From the NCBI GenBank assembly GCA_050872785.1, contig JBNMHO010000001.1, positions 22,937 to 86,936 on the forward strand: a stretch of DNA of 64,000 bases, read 5' to 3'. The notes below the pieces were generated by a model that was not told the origin of the DNA, did no database searches, and saw nothing but the letters and a program-made list of their open reading frames with translations. Positions 45,901 to 60,900 of this stretch are shown piece by piece; within the stretch, counting starts at the first letter, position 1; each line of letters opens with the position of its first letter. Source of the DNA: Clostridia bacterium (GTDB lineage Bacteria > Bacillota > Clostridia > Christensenellales > UBA1242). Made by a program: the position numbers and the translations under genes.

Positions 45901-48900
45901 AACTGCACCTTGAGTTGCTGCACTGAGTGAGCCGCTTAGCATGATGCCTGCATAAGCACCAGCCCCCATAATGTCCTTGCCGCCTTTGCCACGGACTATC
46001 AATCCACCGGTGCCTTGAACTTCGCCTTTTATTGGCTTAATTTGTCTAATAAGTGCTTTGTTAATTGTAACGCCGCCGTCTATTTTGCCAGCAAGTCCGC
46101 CACCATAAGTGGAATTTGCTATTGTTCCACCAACAATAAATGGATCTGTGTCTGAATCTTTGGTTGCTTGACCAATCGTGCCGCCTTTGGCCACACCTAC
46201 AAGTCCGCCAACCGCTTCTGCTTGTGACACTGTTGTGTCAACATACACGTTTGTTGCAATTACACTGGTATCCTCAAGACTTCCAACAGCACCGCCAGCA
46301 ACTGCTCCGCTGACAACATTGTCTGCGGTTGCGTCACCAACAAGTTGTGTGTCAACAACTTCAAAGGTTGATTCAACACTGAACTTAACTGATCTTGGAA
46401 CGAAGACATCTCCTTCTTCGTATTCGCCAGTTGCATTCCCGTTGTCATCTTTCTTTTCGACTTGACCTTTCTCCATTACACCAAATTCAACATCGTAAAC
46501 TGGATCTTTTGAAGTGACTACATCGTAAGATTTTGTTAGGACATAATATGTGCCATTTGAATCAGAAGCCGTGCCGACACCGAAATTTCCGTTTGAAGAA
46601 TAACTGCTTAATGCTGTAGCAAGTTTGTAAACAAACGCCTTGCTTGTGTGAACGACCTTATTTTCTACTGCGGGGTTTTCTCCACCAACATTAACTTTAT
46701 GTGATCCATTCACCCATTCGTTAATATTAGCATTAACCTTCTCAAACAACGCTGAATCGCCACGAAGTTTTTTAGCATCTTGGAGTTTATACTCACCAAG
46801 ATCCACGCCACTCCCCTCATAACCGTGATAAGTCCAGACTGATGAAGATGTTTCTGCAATTTGTAGCACGTAGCAATTTGAAATTTGTGAATTGCCTACC
46901 ATTCTACCAACAATGCCACCAACAACAGAATCCTCTTTTGGAATGACTTGTGCTTGAGAAACAACATTTTTCAAAATCGCATTGTTAAGTTCACCAATAA
47001 CACCGCCCGCTGCTCCACCTTTGCCTGCAGTAACTTTTACGTTTTTGCCATTTGTGCCACTGCCAAAGATGAAGTTGAGTGACAAGGTTCTCTTATCTGT
47101 GTCTGTTATCGAACTATCAAATTCCACACAACCGATATATCCGCCTGTTGCAATCATACCGTTTTGAATTGATTGGCTTCTGACGTCAACATTTACTCTA
47201 GAGTAAATCTTCGTCACTGTTTTGTCGCCTACTTCAAGATTTGCTTCTACATCTTTAATAGGACTTGTAAGATAACCGATTGCACCGCCGACATAGGCAG
47301 ATTTTAGGACTTCATATTCAACTGTTTTGCCAAGAAGATTGTAACTTCTTGTAAAGCCGCCCACGTTGACGCAATTTGCAATAACAACACTCTTAACATT
47401 TGTGTTGGTTCTTACGCCAGTTATGCCACCAATGTTGCCGCCCCCATAGACACCAACTGCACCACCAGCATAACCGTTTGTTGTTACCACTTCTTCACCT
47501 GAGGCTGGTTCTGAAATTGTTGGTTCTGAACTTCCACTTTCACCGCCAGTTGAGCCACCACTTTCGCCACCAGAGGTTTCACCGTCACCAACTATTGGGT
47601 TGTTTGAAGTAATAGATTGAGTCGCATTTGTGCCATTAGGCTCATCACATTTTCCAGCGAATATTGTTATTGCTGGGCTGAAGAAACTTGAAGTTTCCTT
47701 TGAGTCCGTTCCGACTGCACAAGAGCCAGAAATCATTGCTCCTTCCTTAACCGTTCCAGCAAGACCACCGGCAAATTGAGGAGAAGAAATTGTAATCTGT
47801 CCACCGAGCAAGAAGCCGACTGGGTTTGTGAGATATGCAAATGCACTGCCCGCCACGGTTGTCATATACATCTGGCTGCCTTTTGACATCTTGCCAATGC
47901 CGCCGCCGGAGTACTTGGCATGAGCAACTTGACCGGAGTTGGTTGCACGGAATATTGCCCAGTTACTTAGGTCTGGAGTTGTGATTGATGGGCTTTCCCA
48001 TTTAGTTTGACCGTCCCATGTTGTCCTGATAGAAATTTCATGCGAGGACAATGCCGCCTCTACGTGATTGTCGTTTACACTTGCACCGTCAGCAAGACCA
48101 ATAAGTCCGCCCGCCGCATAGGAGCCAGAAATTGACCCGTAGTTTGCAACAATACCATAAAGTGGTTCTTTTTCATTAAATGATACAATCTTTGCACATT
48201 TGCTTGCATAACCTATGATACCGCCTGCATTCTCATCGCCCATAACTGTTGCAAAGTTGCTTGAAAGAGTAACTATGATATTGCCTTCGCTTGAAACGGT
48301 TTTTTTCAGATCATGTTCATAACTCACATCTTTGCCATTTACATCTTTTCCATTTGATTTGAACTTTTCTGAACCAAACTGCTGGTTAATAACTGCACCA
48401 ATAATACCACCAGCAGAACCAGATGACGCAATGACACCCGATTGGAATGCACTAAGAATTGTTGTCCATGGTTCACCTGGGTTTACGCCAGCGAGTTTTA
48501 TGCCAAATGACAAGCACAAGGAGAATGTAATTGGTTGACTTGTTCTAACCATTCCCACAATGCCGCCGCTTGCGCCGCCGCCAAGTTTGCCTACGTCTGT
48601 ACCTGTTCCATTTTCTTCTTTAATTGCCGCCAAGTCTTCGTCTGTAAACGCAACAATTGTATCTAAGTAATTAAGTCTTGAGTCAATGGAGTCTGAACTT
48701 GAATAATTGGTTGATTTTGACTTAATTGTATAGTTGTACTGATTTACAACAACACCATTGATATATGTGGAAACTGGAATTCCGCCGTCAAAGCCAACAT
48801 CGCCAAGAAGGCTTAAGATTGGTTTAAAGAGGGCTGAATTGAATGAGAAACCAAGTCCAAATTGACCGCCAAGTTGGATATCAATAAGAGATGTTGGGTC

Positions 48901-51900
48901 ATCATCAATCATAACATCAACTGTAAATCTGTGTGCATATTTCTTTGGACTCTTGTCAAGTGTTTTGTTAATTGGTCCTGTAAATTTTCCGTCAATAAGG
49001 GACTGAATATCATCTCCAATATCTTCAACAGATTGTGAAATTGTAGTGCCACTTAAAGTTGTAAGAGCGCCAGAAACTTTTGGAGCGTAGAGGAATGCTG
49101 CAAGGTTTGGGAAAACATAACCTAGGTTAATCATTCCACTAAGTTTTGCAGTGTCAGTTCCAGCAGGACTTACCCCACTAAGATAACCGATACAGCCGCC
49201 ACTTATTGAACCAATAACAATACTGGTTAGAGATGTGATGACAAACCCATTGCCGTTAAGTGCATATGAAGATAGGTCTGGCATTTCGCCATTATTTGTA
49301 CTCATTTCTGTAACAATTTTAACAAGAAGTTTCATAATTGACTTTGAGTCAACGTTGCTACCAAGACTTTGAATTTTGCCATTATTAAGAACACCAACAA
49401 TGCCACCTGCAATACCAGTTAAAGCCCACACTGTGCCACTGTTGAAAGTAAATCCGCCAGAAAGTTTGCCGTTTTCATCTTTCTTCCAGTTTGCTTCAAT
49501 GCTTCCACCGTCCATAACGCCAACAATGCCGCCTGCAACTCTAAGTCCCATAACAAAACTATAGTTAGTTGCACCTGATATGAAAGTTTTGCCTGAAGAA
49601 CAGTTGATAACACGTCCGTCATTAAGATAGCCAACAATGCCGCCCGCAACATTAGGGAAACTGAGGAGGAATGATGAGCCAAAAATATTTCCAATCATGC
49701 CTGTAAAATCTTTCCAAATGTCACCATTTCCTATTGAAGAGAAAAATGATCCCAAACCGTCAGAGTAGTTTACGCAATCTTCAACTCTTGCTTTTTGCAT
49801 GTAACCAACAATGCCGCCTGCAAAGGACCTTATCATGTAGCCACGAACAAGAGAGTTGCTTGAACAATTTCTGATAACAATGTTATTTGAACTTGTCGTT
49901 GCAACTGCAAGTCCAGCAATACCGCCAGAGAACTCTGTGAACATTCCACCGATTGAATTAACCTTAAATTCTTCACCCGATGTTTGATTAAGTTTAACTT
50001 CACTGTTACATTTTTCAATTATAACATCAGCATTACTTTGACTTATGCCAGTACATTCAATAGCACCAACAATACCACCCGCTGCACCATCTTCAAGGAC
50101 AGTCGAAGCAGTCAAAGCCAATTTCAATAACACGTCTGCACCAGCTTCTTCGCTGAATGAGCCACCAACTGAGAAAGATTCTGCGGACTTATCTTCCTTC
50201 TTCTTTGTAATGATACCTAAAATAATTTTTCTTAGTCCCATCAATGCTTGTCCGCTTTTAGTTTGGTTTTTCTTTCCATCTGCGTCAGTCCCAGTAGCTT
50301 CGCCAAAGTATCCTTTGTCGCCACTTATAATATTTTCGCTTTCACCTCTAATTTTGCCTTCAATATCGCTGTCAACATTCAATGAAACACCTGCCCCTAT
50401 AGCCATACTGGTGTAAAGTTTAAGTTTTCCGTTTGCCTTCACCGCTCCAGTGTTTTTGGCATTGATTATGACAATGACCGAACCACTGCTTGTTGCTTCG
50501 CCAACAATACCACCCGCTCTTGTTGCTGCGGAGATAAATGCTGCGTTTGTGACATTATCTTCTTCTGCATTTCCAATGTTACCTTTGACAATTCTTCCAA
50601 CGATACCACCAGATACTGAGTAGCCGTCAATAACGAATGTAAGGCTTCTCTTAATGTTCAAGGCTTTGTTATCATCCAAAGCATCGTTTATAGTGCCAGT
50701 TGTATCTTGCACATAACTATAGATGATGTCAATCGCTTTTTTGAATGTAAGATTTTCATCAGAAGCAAATTCATTTTTCGCTTTTTTGTAATACTCTTTA
50801 AGTTTTTCCCATGTATCTTTTCTTGTTACGAACTTCTCTTTGCTAGCGTCAAGAGCAACATCTTCTGGAACAATCCATGGGTTCAACAAATCCCAAATAA
50901 TATCTGTTTCTACTTTGGCTTCTTGCAACGCCTTGCAGCTGGCGATTGTGCCGCCGTTCATGGAGCCGACTATGCCGCCTGCGAGAATTGTTTGCGAACT
51001 CTTCATGTCGATGTTGCCTGCGTAGGTGCAGTTTGAGATATTAACGTGTGCGCCGTTTGCTTCGACAACATTTCCGACAATGCCGCCGACCATAATTGAA
51101 TAGTAGCCTGCAAGATATTTGATTTCATAGGAAAGTTTTGCTGAGCCTTGAACTGCTGAATTTCCGTCGCTGTTTACCTTGCCAAACACGCAATTATCAA
51201 CCACGGTGGTGTTTGCAGTTGCTTTTGCAAAGCCTACGATGCCGCCCAAGTTAACTGTGCTTGCAAGAACATCACTCATTGAGATGAGGTTCATGTCTGG
51301 TTTTGCAGCAGAGCCTTGTTTCAAATTTGTCATTTCGCCATATTGGGTCATTCTTGTGTCTTTGAACGCTGGAAGGAATTGTTCGTAGGTTTTATCACTT
51401 GTTGAAACGAAGTTTCTTGAAGCAATTCCGACAACGTTTTCACCTGCTACGACGCAATTTGTAATCGTTCCGCCATACACAGCACCAGCAATGCCGCCTG
51501 CACCATATATGCCATAAACTTTGACGTTGCTATCTTCTTGAATTTCTATGCCTGATAGTTCACATTCCAAAAGTCCCACAACGCCGCCAGAGTATGACCT
51601 TGGTTGAACGACTTGATTTATGCTCATTCCGCCACCGACTGTGACATTTCTTAAAACGCCATTGCCGTTATTTTCTTTACTTTTTTCCTTAAACTCAATG
51701 CTACCACCAGTCATTATGCCAACGATACCGCCAGAGTAACTTGTTGAGTCTGAGGTTTCATCATATGCCCCAACGGACAAATTGCTGTCCTTATTTGAGA
51801 ATATGCCCGATATTTTTCCTTTTTGCATCAAGCCAATGTATCCGCCTGCAAATGCTGGGGTATCGGAGTACATGTGTTTATAGCTGTTATCATTCGTAAG

Positions 51901-54900
51901 ATTAAGCCCATAGTTAGTTTCGCCTGTCGTGAACTTAGATTTAACAACTAAATTAGTTATTCTGTTTGTAATAATGCTTGGAAGTGCTTCGCCGCCACTT
52001 CTTGAAACACCTTCATACGCTAGGAGGTTATCTTTTGGAAGGTCGTTTAAGTCAATGCCTTGGACTATTGTCCATGTTCCAACTTTGCTTTCGCCACTTT
52101 CTTCCAATGTGAAATTTGCCCCAACGGTTTCTGCTTTGACTTCCGAAATGAAGAATGCTGCGAAGAATTGTGTGTTAACAACCCAAATTGACATATCGTT
52201 GTTTTTATTATTCTTTGCATCGCTCTTTTTCTTTTCAAAAGAATTCTTGTCTATTGTAAGCGAACCGAAATCTCTGCCGAGAGATTCTCTAAGACTTGCG
52301 ACTGTTTCGTCTTTTAGTTTGTAATATTGACGAATAACCTTGCCTGTGCTTTCATCTTTTTCTTCAACGGGATCAAAGTTGTCGCCGTTAATTTTTGCAA
52401 CATTTGCTTTGAACAAATTTGCCAAGTTGCCGTTGAAGACATAGTTTTCACTTGCGACACCAATGTTATTAACTATTGCATTCTCGTCATCAAGAACACC
52501 TGCGACAAGACCAGTTTTTGAGTAGCTGTTTGCAAATGTAATGTTTTGAACAACAGTTGCAACTTTATAGTCCTTTTCCTGCTCGCTGCCAGTTTCTCTC
52601 ACGCTAATTGTTTGATCATGAGTAACGATTGCACGAACAAGACCATTTGTTGAATACATATTTACAACTTGAGTTGTATCATTTCCGTCGTCATCAAGCG
52701 CCCCGTCCAAGTTGCCATAAAATTCCATGCCTTGGTTATCCCAACTTTCAGACCAGTAAGTGACTTTTGAGTATTTTGCAAAGTTCACTTGATTTTTTGT
52801 AAATCTGTAGTATCTGTATTTTGGAGATGTGCCGATGTTGTTTGAAGATACAAAGATGTCGAACAAGCCAGCATGTTTAACTGAATATGGCATGTTTGTG
52901 AAGCCTTGAACTTCTCCGCCATTCACAGGTCCTACGCCGCCACCTAATACATTTACAACATCTGGAGCGTAGGAATTGCCAAGTCTATCTGCCAAACCAT
53001 TGCCAGTGTAAATGCTATTGAAGTATTTTCTGACAAGTTTTGGGAATGGTGAAGTGCTTGAAATGTTTTTATCTCTTGTTGTGCCGCTGAACACATTGAT
53101 GTAGTTCTTTGTGATGTATCCATAGTTAAACCAAGTTGAATCAATGCCGATTGTGTTTTCTGCACTGGATGAGCCTTCTGCATAACTGAAGAAGTCAACG
53201 AGTTCGCCTTTCAAAGCACCAGTCGATTTATCCCTTTCTGGAACTATCCAGTGAGTTTGGAACATTTCAGAAATAGTTGCGTTGCTTGTGTTTGCAGTTT
53301 GAGTTGTGGAGTTTGTTTCGCCAGTGAATGAAACTGTCCACAAATAGAAGCCTGTGCTTGAGATGAAGTTGCTGTTTATGGTTCTGTCACTTATTGAGGA
53401 CATATTTTGTCCTTCGTTGCCCGCAACATATGGAATGTAATCATAGTAAACTCTGTAGAAGTTTGCTTTTGCTTTCCATTCCGAATTGCCGTCAAGTGGT
53501 GTAACAGAGGCAACTGGATAAGTTGCACTATATTTTTTTGTTCCCTCTGCAACTGCAATGTCTGCCATTGTGTAGGAGTTTGAAATTACGCCATATGAAC
53601 TTAATTTTGCAAGTGTGCCAACTGGGGTTTCATTGTTTGTATCAGTAAGTTCAATGGAGCCAGTGTAATAACTGTCGTAGATATTTCCAATTTTGTAGTT
53701 GTTATCAGTCCTTGTTCCGTTTGCAGAAACAAGTCCGCCAACACCAGAAGATGTGTTGATGTCTGCCATGCTAAAGCATTTGTTAATAACGCCGTTGTTT
53801 GTGTAAACAAATGAAGAAACATCAAGACTTGTGTTGATTTTGCCAACAACTGAACTTGCATAGACAAAGCCTTCGTTGATATTTGCAAGTGGGGCAAGCA
53901 AATCTTCCCTTGTGTTTTGAATATCTCCAGAAATGTTGAGCATTAACGCTGACACTGCAGAATTTCTGGTGATTGTGTCAAACACTGGAATTCTCTTATC
54001 GCCGTTTTTTGCGATAATCTCGAAGCCTTGAGCGTTCAACACCCAGCCAACAGCCAACATTTCATTTCCATTAAAGCTATATTTTTCAACTTGAACTGAG
54101 TTTTCGAGTTCTATATTATCGTCCAAAATATAGTATTGATTGTTTTCAAGAACTGTAGCATTGTCAAAAGTTATAGGTCTAAGTTTGCTACCCTCTTTTG
54201 TTGTGACTTTTGCTTCTCCTACTGTTCTTTCTGCATATTTGGAATAGAATTTGCTATAAATTTTGCTGTTTGTATCAACTTGAGTTCCTTTAAGTCCATT
54301 GTTATAAATCTCACCAAATATTCCATCACCATTTGGGTCACTGAGTTCAGTTTGAGAAACATTTTTAACATTTGAAAGTTCGTTTGAAACAAGAGCAATA
54401 TTTTCGCAAGTTACAATGAGATTTGTGGAAACTTTTGCCATGTCATCGTCACGTTGTCTGCCACAAACTGCACCAATGTAAAGGTTCAATTTTTGTCCCA
54501 TTGCATAATCTCTTATGGTTGAAGCGACAAGGACATTTCTTGTATCCGAAGCGTTGTCAAGCACTTTGCAATCGCCAACAAGTCCGCCAACGTATGTTGG
54601 GCTTTCTGGAAGGAATAGTGATACAACATCTGCCGCATTGTTTGTTATCTCATCATAATTACTTGTTGAGCCCAAAACTCTGTTCAGAGTTATATCTCCA
54701 AGCACAACAGAAGTTGAAACTTTAAGTTTTGCAACTTTTGCAACAAAACCACCAATACTCATGGTTGCAAATTGGTCGCAAATGATGTCTGCTGTGGAGA
54801 TTGTTTTGTTGATAGAAATTGTGTCTGTATCTTTTTCTGTTTTGCCAACAATTCCGCCAACGAAAATTTGTGCACCTTTTGGGACATTCTTTCCGCCGTT

Positions 54901-57900
54901 AAGAACTTTAAGGCTGTCTGCGTCCACAACAACACTGTCAAATGTGTAGGAACTCTTGCCAGTTAGATAGCCAGCAATGCCGCCGACTATTGCAGTGTTG
55001 AAGTTTGCTCCTGTAAGTTGAAGTGAAACATTGCTATAAACATTTCTTATATCTTGAGCAGAACTTGTTGCCACAACGCCACCAAGAACATACAAGTCGT
55101 CTGTTCCCATTGTTGATAAGCAGTTAAGAGAAATACTTCTTTTTGCGTTGCCGTTTTCGTCAACAGATTGTTTTACTTCGGCTTTTGAAATATTAAATGT
55201 GCTTATTGCGATAGCGCCAGCTACATAAGAATTGCCCTTTGCATAAACATTTATTGCCATATCATTTGCATAAATTTGACTTGCACTGCCAACACGAGAA
55301 CTCTCCTCGCCTTGATTTGCAAGATATGAATCTGCCGAGCCAACAAGTCCGCCAACATAAATGGCATTTGTCTTTACATCTGACGATGTCCTAAATGGGT
55401 GGTCAGAATCGCCAACATTGATAGTTCTGTTATTTGCATAAACATTTTCCATTCTGCCAAGCATGGAGCCAGCCACGCCACCAACACTAAGTGAACTTAT
55501 TGGAGTATTTTCTTTATCAATAACAGTTATATCAACTTTAGACACAACATTTCTCAGTTCGCCTTTTATTGAGCCAGCAATGCCGCCAACAGTGCGAGCA
55601 GTTGAGCCTTTGCAACCATCATAATTTACATTCAAGCCAAGGTTTGCACTTGAGTGGCTGATATTTACAACAGTGTTTGCTGAAGTGCCAACAAGTGTGC
55701 CGAATGTTGTAGCATTTGTGCTAATAGTATTTGATTTGCCAATTTTGAGGAAGTTGTTTTCTTTATCGACAAACTGCAATGTTGTGTTGTTGTACACATA
55801 AGTTGTTCCAGAGCCGCTGCCCACAACGAGATATGGGTTGCTATAGTTTTCAAGAGTATTGCCTCTGTAATATGCACCTTGTGAAACAACTATTTCATCA
55901 ATATTTCCGCCTGCATAATCGTCAGAGCCAGTTGTTGATGAAATTCTGCCATAATTACCTGTCAAATCACCATAGACAAAAACATTGTTAATTTGTGTAG
56001 AATTTTCTGCACTTGCAACAAGCACAGCACCAAATGATTGTGTTCCATCTTTTGTGCCGCTGTAATCATATGTAACATTATAATCTGCCACAACAACATT
56101 GAAGTTGGAGAATGTTGCATTTCTTGTTGAAATGAACATTGCGTATTTTTCACTTGCATTGCTTGATTTTAAGTTAACGTTAAATAGAATTGGTTTTCTT
56201 CTATAAACTTTAACTTCACTTCCAACAGTTTCTGTGTAGGTGATGTTTGCACCATACAAACTGCCTTCAAATGTTTCGGTGATAGGTCTGAATGATGTTT
56301 CGCTGCCGAAGTCAATATCACGCATAATCATGTATGTTTTGCCAGCAGTATTTTTTGCACCGAGTTTGTTGTAGAATTCTTCTGCGGTGTAAATTTTTTC
56401 TGTTGCTGCGTTGAAGCCATATTCAAGAACTGGCAATACGTCATATTCGTCATCATTGTTGTTTGGAGCGTCATATCTCCAAATTTCTCTGCTCCACTTA
56501 TCAGTTGAGAAATATTTATCTCTTGCTGCTTTGTTCGCATTGAGTGTTGTGGAGAAAAGTTTTAGGAATTGGTCTGGAAGGATTTTTTCAGACAAACTCT
56601 TATTAAGATATGTATCTTTCTTTCCGCCTTCGCCAACGCCCCAATATTCAAAGATTGTTGCTTCTGATTCTTTTTCCTTGTATTTAGCCAAGTCGAAATT
56701 GCTATTTCCAAGTTCATCGCCAAATTGAATAGCAATTTCTCTGACATAATCGCAGCCAATGTTTTTCAAGCCATAATGATTAACATAAATTCCGTTGTCG
56801 CCGCTTGTGATGTCAACAATTCCTTCGCTGTCTTCTGTTTTTTGATTGCTATAGAAGCCATAAAGTGCTCCAATCTTTCCGCCGTTGCTGTCAAATTCCA
56901 CAAGTCGAGAGAAGTCGTCTGAGTTATATATGTTAAGAGCAACAATGTTTGCAAGGTGAAGTTTTGCTTCGTCTTGACCAACTTTGTCAACAATCTTAAT
57001 ATATCCAGTTTCGCTATCTACAACTTCGCCAATTATTGCACCGATGTGAGTTTTTGAAGCGTCATCATTTGCTCTCAAACTTGCAGTTGTATAGACATTT
57101 GAGATAGTTCCCGAAGAACTTGCCCCAACAATTCCGCCAAGAGAAGTTGCATAGATGTTTCTGACGTCAACTCTGTTGTATGAGTCAAGAATTGAGCCTG
57201 ACCTATAAACAGTTGTTGATGAGTTTATACCCACAAGACCGCCAACAAATTCTGGAGTTCCACCAAACAAAGTGCCATTGAATGTATCTGTGTTCGTTCC
57301 CCCAGTTGTAACTGCAATGAGGTGATTATTAAGTTTTTCTGTTGTTTCTTTGTCAAAGCCAACATAACTCTTGCTAATTTTGCCAAGGTTGAATGCGGTC
57401 AAGCCGCCAACAACTTGGGAAGATGTTAATGTGGAGTTATTGCCAACGATGAAGCTTGAATTTTCAACATAAGTTTCTTCGCCAACAAAGCCGAACAATC
57501 CGCCAACATAATTTGAAAGGATATTTACATTCCCGTCATAATCGCCGTTGCTGTCAACGCTTGCACCAGAGAGTTTGCTATTTTGAACGAATGAGCCAAC
57601 GTGAACATTATCCACATTTACTTTGTCCATAAGGATACTGTTTCTGTCACTGCTTCTTTGGCTGAGAGAAACAACACCAGCAATGCCGCCTGCATAATAG
57701 ACATTCTTTGGAAGATTGGAAAGTCTAAGATTGCTTGCAGAAGCATAGTTCCCGCCAGTGGAGATATTTCTTGGAGCGATTGCTTCCCAAAGGTCAGTTG
57801 AGGTGATAACCCTTGTTTGAGAACCTTGAGAAGATGTCCTGCTGCTTGTAACTGAAAGATTTGACCTAATGTTTGAAATTCTGCTAAATCTTGTTCCAGT

Positions 57901-60900
57901 TGCAGAAGTTGTTGAATATGTGCTAGAAATGACAGCACCAGCAAGTGCGCCAACATAATTGTTGCCCGTAATGTTCCAGTTGTCTTCACTTCCCATTGCA
58001 ACAAGTGTAATGTTGCTTATAACGCTGTCAACAATTACACCAGCAAGTGCGCCAACGGCGGTGCAGTTGCCGGACACAATGGAGTTTACGCCAAGGGTCA
58101 AGTTCTTTACGCCAGCACCATAAATATCTTTGAAAAGTCCAAATGAATCTTCAGCACTTTCGCCAAGGTCAATGTTTGAAATTGTGAGATAGTTTCCGTC
58201 AAACACGGACACTGAACCTTGATTTGAAGTGTATTCAACGCTTGAGGAATATGTTGACCTCTTTTCCATAACAAAACTTTTTACAAGTCTAATGTTGCCA
58301 GTAAATTTTGCTGTTATGTTGTTGTCAAAAGATTCTTGTTGTTTGCTTTTGAAAACATTGTTGTATGAATCTTCGCTATAAACAAGATATGGGTTTTTGA
58401 CTGTGCCTGCGTCATATCCTTGAATATAGTTGAAGTAATATTTTGTAACAATTCCTTCTTCTGTTTCTGTTTGTCCACGAACACGTGCAGACATTGTAAC
58501 ATTGTTTGCACTCAAAAGTTCTGGATAGCCATAAATGCCGTCTTTAACAATAGTCCAAACGCCGCCACTGCTTTCATATGTGCTTGACCTAAGAGTGTCT
58601 GGGTCAAATGCAAAGCCGTTGAAACTTCCTTCAGAGATAAATTCGTTGATTGTCGCACTGTCGCACTCTTCTTCGTTTGCGTCACCAGTTGAAAGCATAA
58701 TTGCTCTTTCGTGACTTCTTTCAACGTCATCATCTTTTTCCATTAAGAAGTAGCAATTTTCAATGGTGCCATATTTAAGTGAAGTTTGAGTTGGTCTTCT
58801 TGAAGAATCAACGTCAACTCCGTTCAAGCAACCTTGGAACATTGCATGTGCATTTGTTGATTTAGATTTTACATAACTTAATGAGTAAGAAGTTCTGATT
58901 GTTGCTTTTTCGCCCATAACATACACAAAGCCGCTTGCCACTGGAATGTTTATATCTTGTTCGGCGTCAATTCTGCTTGAAAGTCCATTTGAAACATAAG
59001 CATATGTGTGTTCACCGCTTATGTTAATGTTTGAATAGCAGTCTTCGACAAAGCCGTCATTGTAATACACAAAGCCCGATACAATGCCGTTTGTGTAAAT
59101 GCCGCCACCATGTTTTCTGTTGTTTTGTCCTTCTTGAACAACTTGCACGCCGTCTTTCTTCACACCTTCCCAGCCAGCAACATATGAGCCATGAATAAAG
59201 CCGTTATTTGAAACTACAAAGCCAGAAGTTTTGATATTTTTTGTTCCATAAGAACCAGAGAAAACTTCCATTTGCAAATTATTTGCATAACTTGAAGATA
59301 TTGTTCCGCTGTTGTCTGCAACAAAACCAGCAACATTTCCAGCACCCTCAACGCTCATAACAAACACTGGAGCAACTGTTGAAAGTTTTTCTGGACTTTC
59401 TGTTGCGTCACCGCTGCTAGATTTTGAGAACACCATTACACTGTTTCTTCCAACACGAGAGTTGGTGATTGTTCCATTGTTTTGTGCAACAAAGCCAGCG
59501 ATATTTGCATTTTTTGCAGTTTTGTTTGTCTTTATTGCAAGAGCATAACCTGCGTTGTTATAACTTGAAATGTTGTTTGCAACTTGTCCGTTTGAGGAGA
59601 TTGAAATGACATCGCAGTTGGTGATTATGCCGTTGTTGATTGCAGCAAAGCCACCAAAATTGACTGCATTGTAACTTGAAAGGTCAATGCCATCGAAGTT
59701 GCCGTTTAGGTCGCCCTGCATATTGTCAGGATAAGCAACAATAACATTCTTCACCAAACTATTTTGAGAAATTTCGCTAAAAAGTCCCAAATCTATTGAA
59801 GAATTTGTTGTGTTTGTGCTGTATGCAAAGCTCTTGATTGTGATAACTTTTCCGTTGCCGTCAAAACTGCTGAAGTTTGCTGCGATTGGGTTCCAATCTG
59901 TAAGAGTTAGGTCGTTCATCAAAATGTATTCGCCGCCAGCAACCATAGCTCTGAGGTCTGCTTCTGTTTCAATAGGACGCAAATTTTCTTCGCCAAGAGA
60001 TTCACTAACAACAACAGTTGCTTCTGCTGAAATAACGAAGTCAGATTGAAGAATGCTTGTTGGAACAGGAATAATTTGTCCGTTTTTGTAAACATAGCTG
60101 AATTCAACTCTCAAATCAACCTTGCCCGATGAAGCCGAGCCTTGAAGATACATAACTCTTGGTTCATATGTAAATTCAATTCTGCTATTTCCGTCATAAC
60201 CCAAAACATTTGAATCAATGCTTTGTCTTGTTGATGACGAGTTGCCCATTATAACTTTGTTGACAACAAATGGAAGGCTATCGCCAAAGGAAGATGAGTC
60301 AATGTTATATTCATTTTTGCTGCCGTCAACTGTTGCGAACCAATAAAGTGCTTTTCCTTCTCTGTCATTTTCAATCATAAACACGCTTTGGGCGATGAGT
60401 TTTTCGATGTTTTCAAGAGTTTCTTGTTTGCCAAAGCCCTGAACATCAATGCTCAAAACTCTTATTGAAGCACTTGTCATTTCGATAACGCCGTTTTCTG
60501 CTCCGCCGATAGATATGCTATTTATAACAGCGTCAACAACATTAACTGTTTCCACGTGGGTGTAAGAAACAATAACATTGTCAAGTTTAATATTGGTTGT
60601 AAGTTTGATATTTATCTTTTGTCCAACGTTTGCACTTTCGCCAAGGACAAGACTTGTTTTTCCGTTTATTGTTTCAAGTGTTGCATAACTTGGCACGTCT
60701 TCGTCAGAAATCTTATTGCCCGAAGCGTCTTCAACTTCAAGAGAAAGAGTTGCTTCAGCGCCGTTTGGAGTTATAGGCTCAATGTCAAGCCAGTCTGCTT
60801 CCTCGCCAGCACCTGTGTAAGCGATTATTTTTCTTTCAGTCCCTTCATGAGTAATATTCATGCGGACGCCATAAGCACTTTGAATTGTAAACAAATGCTC

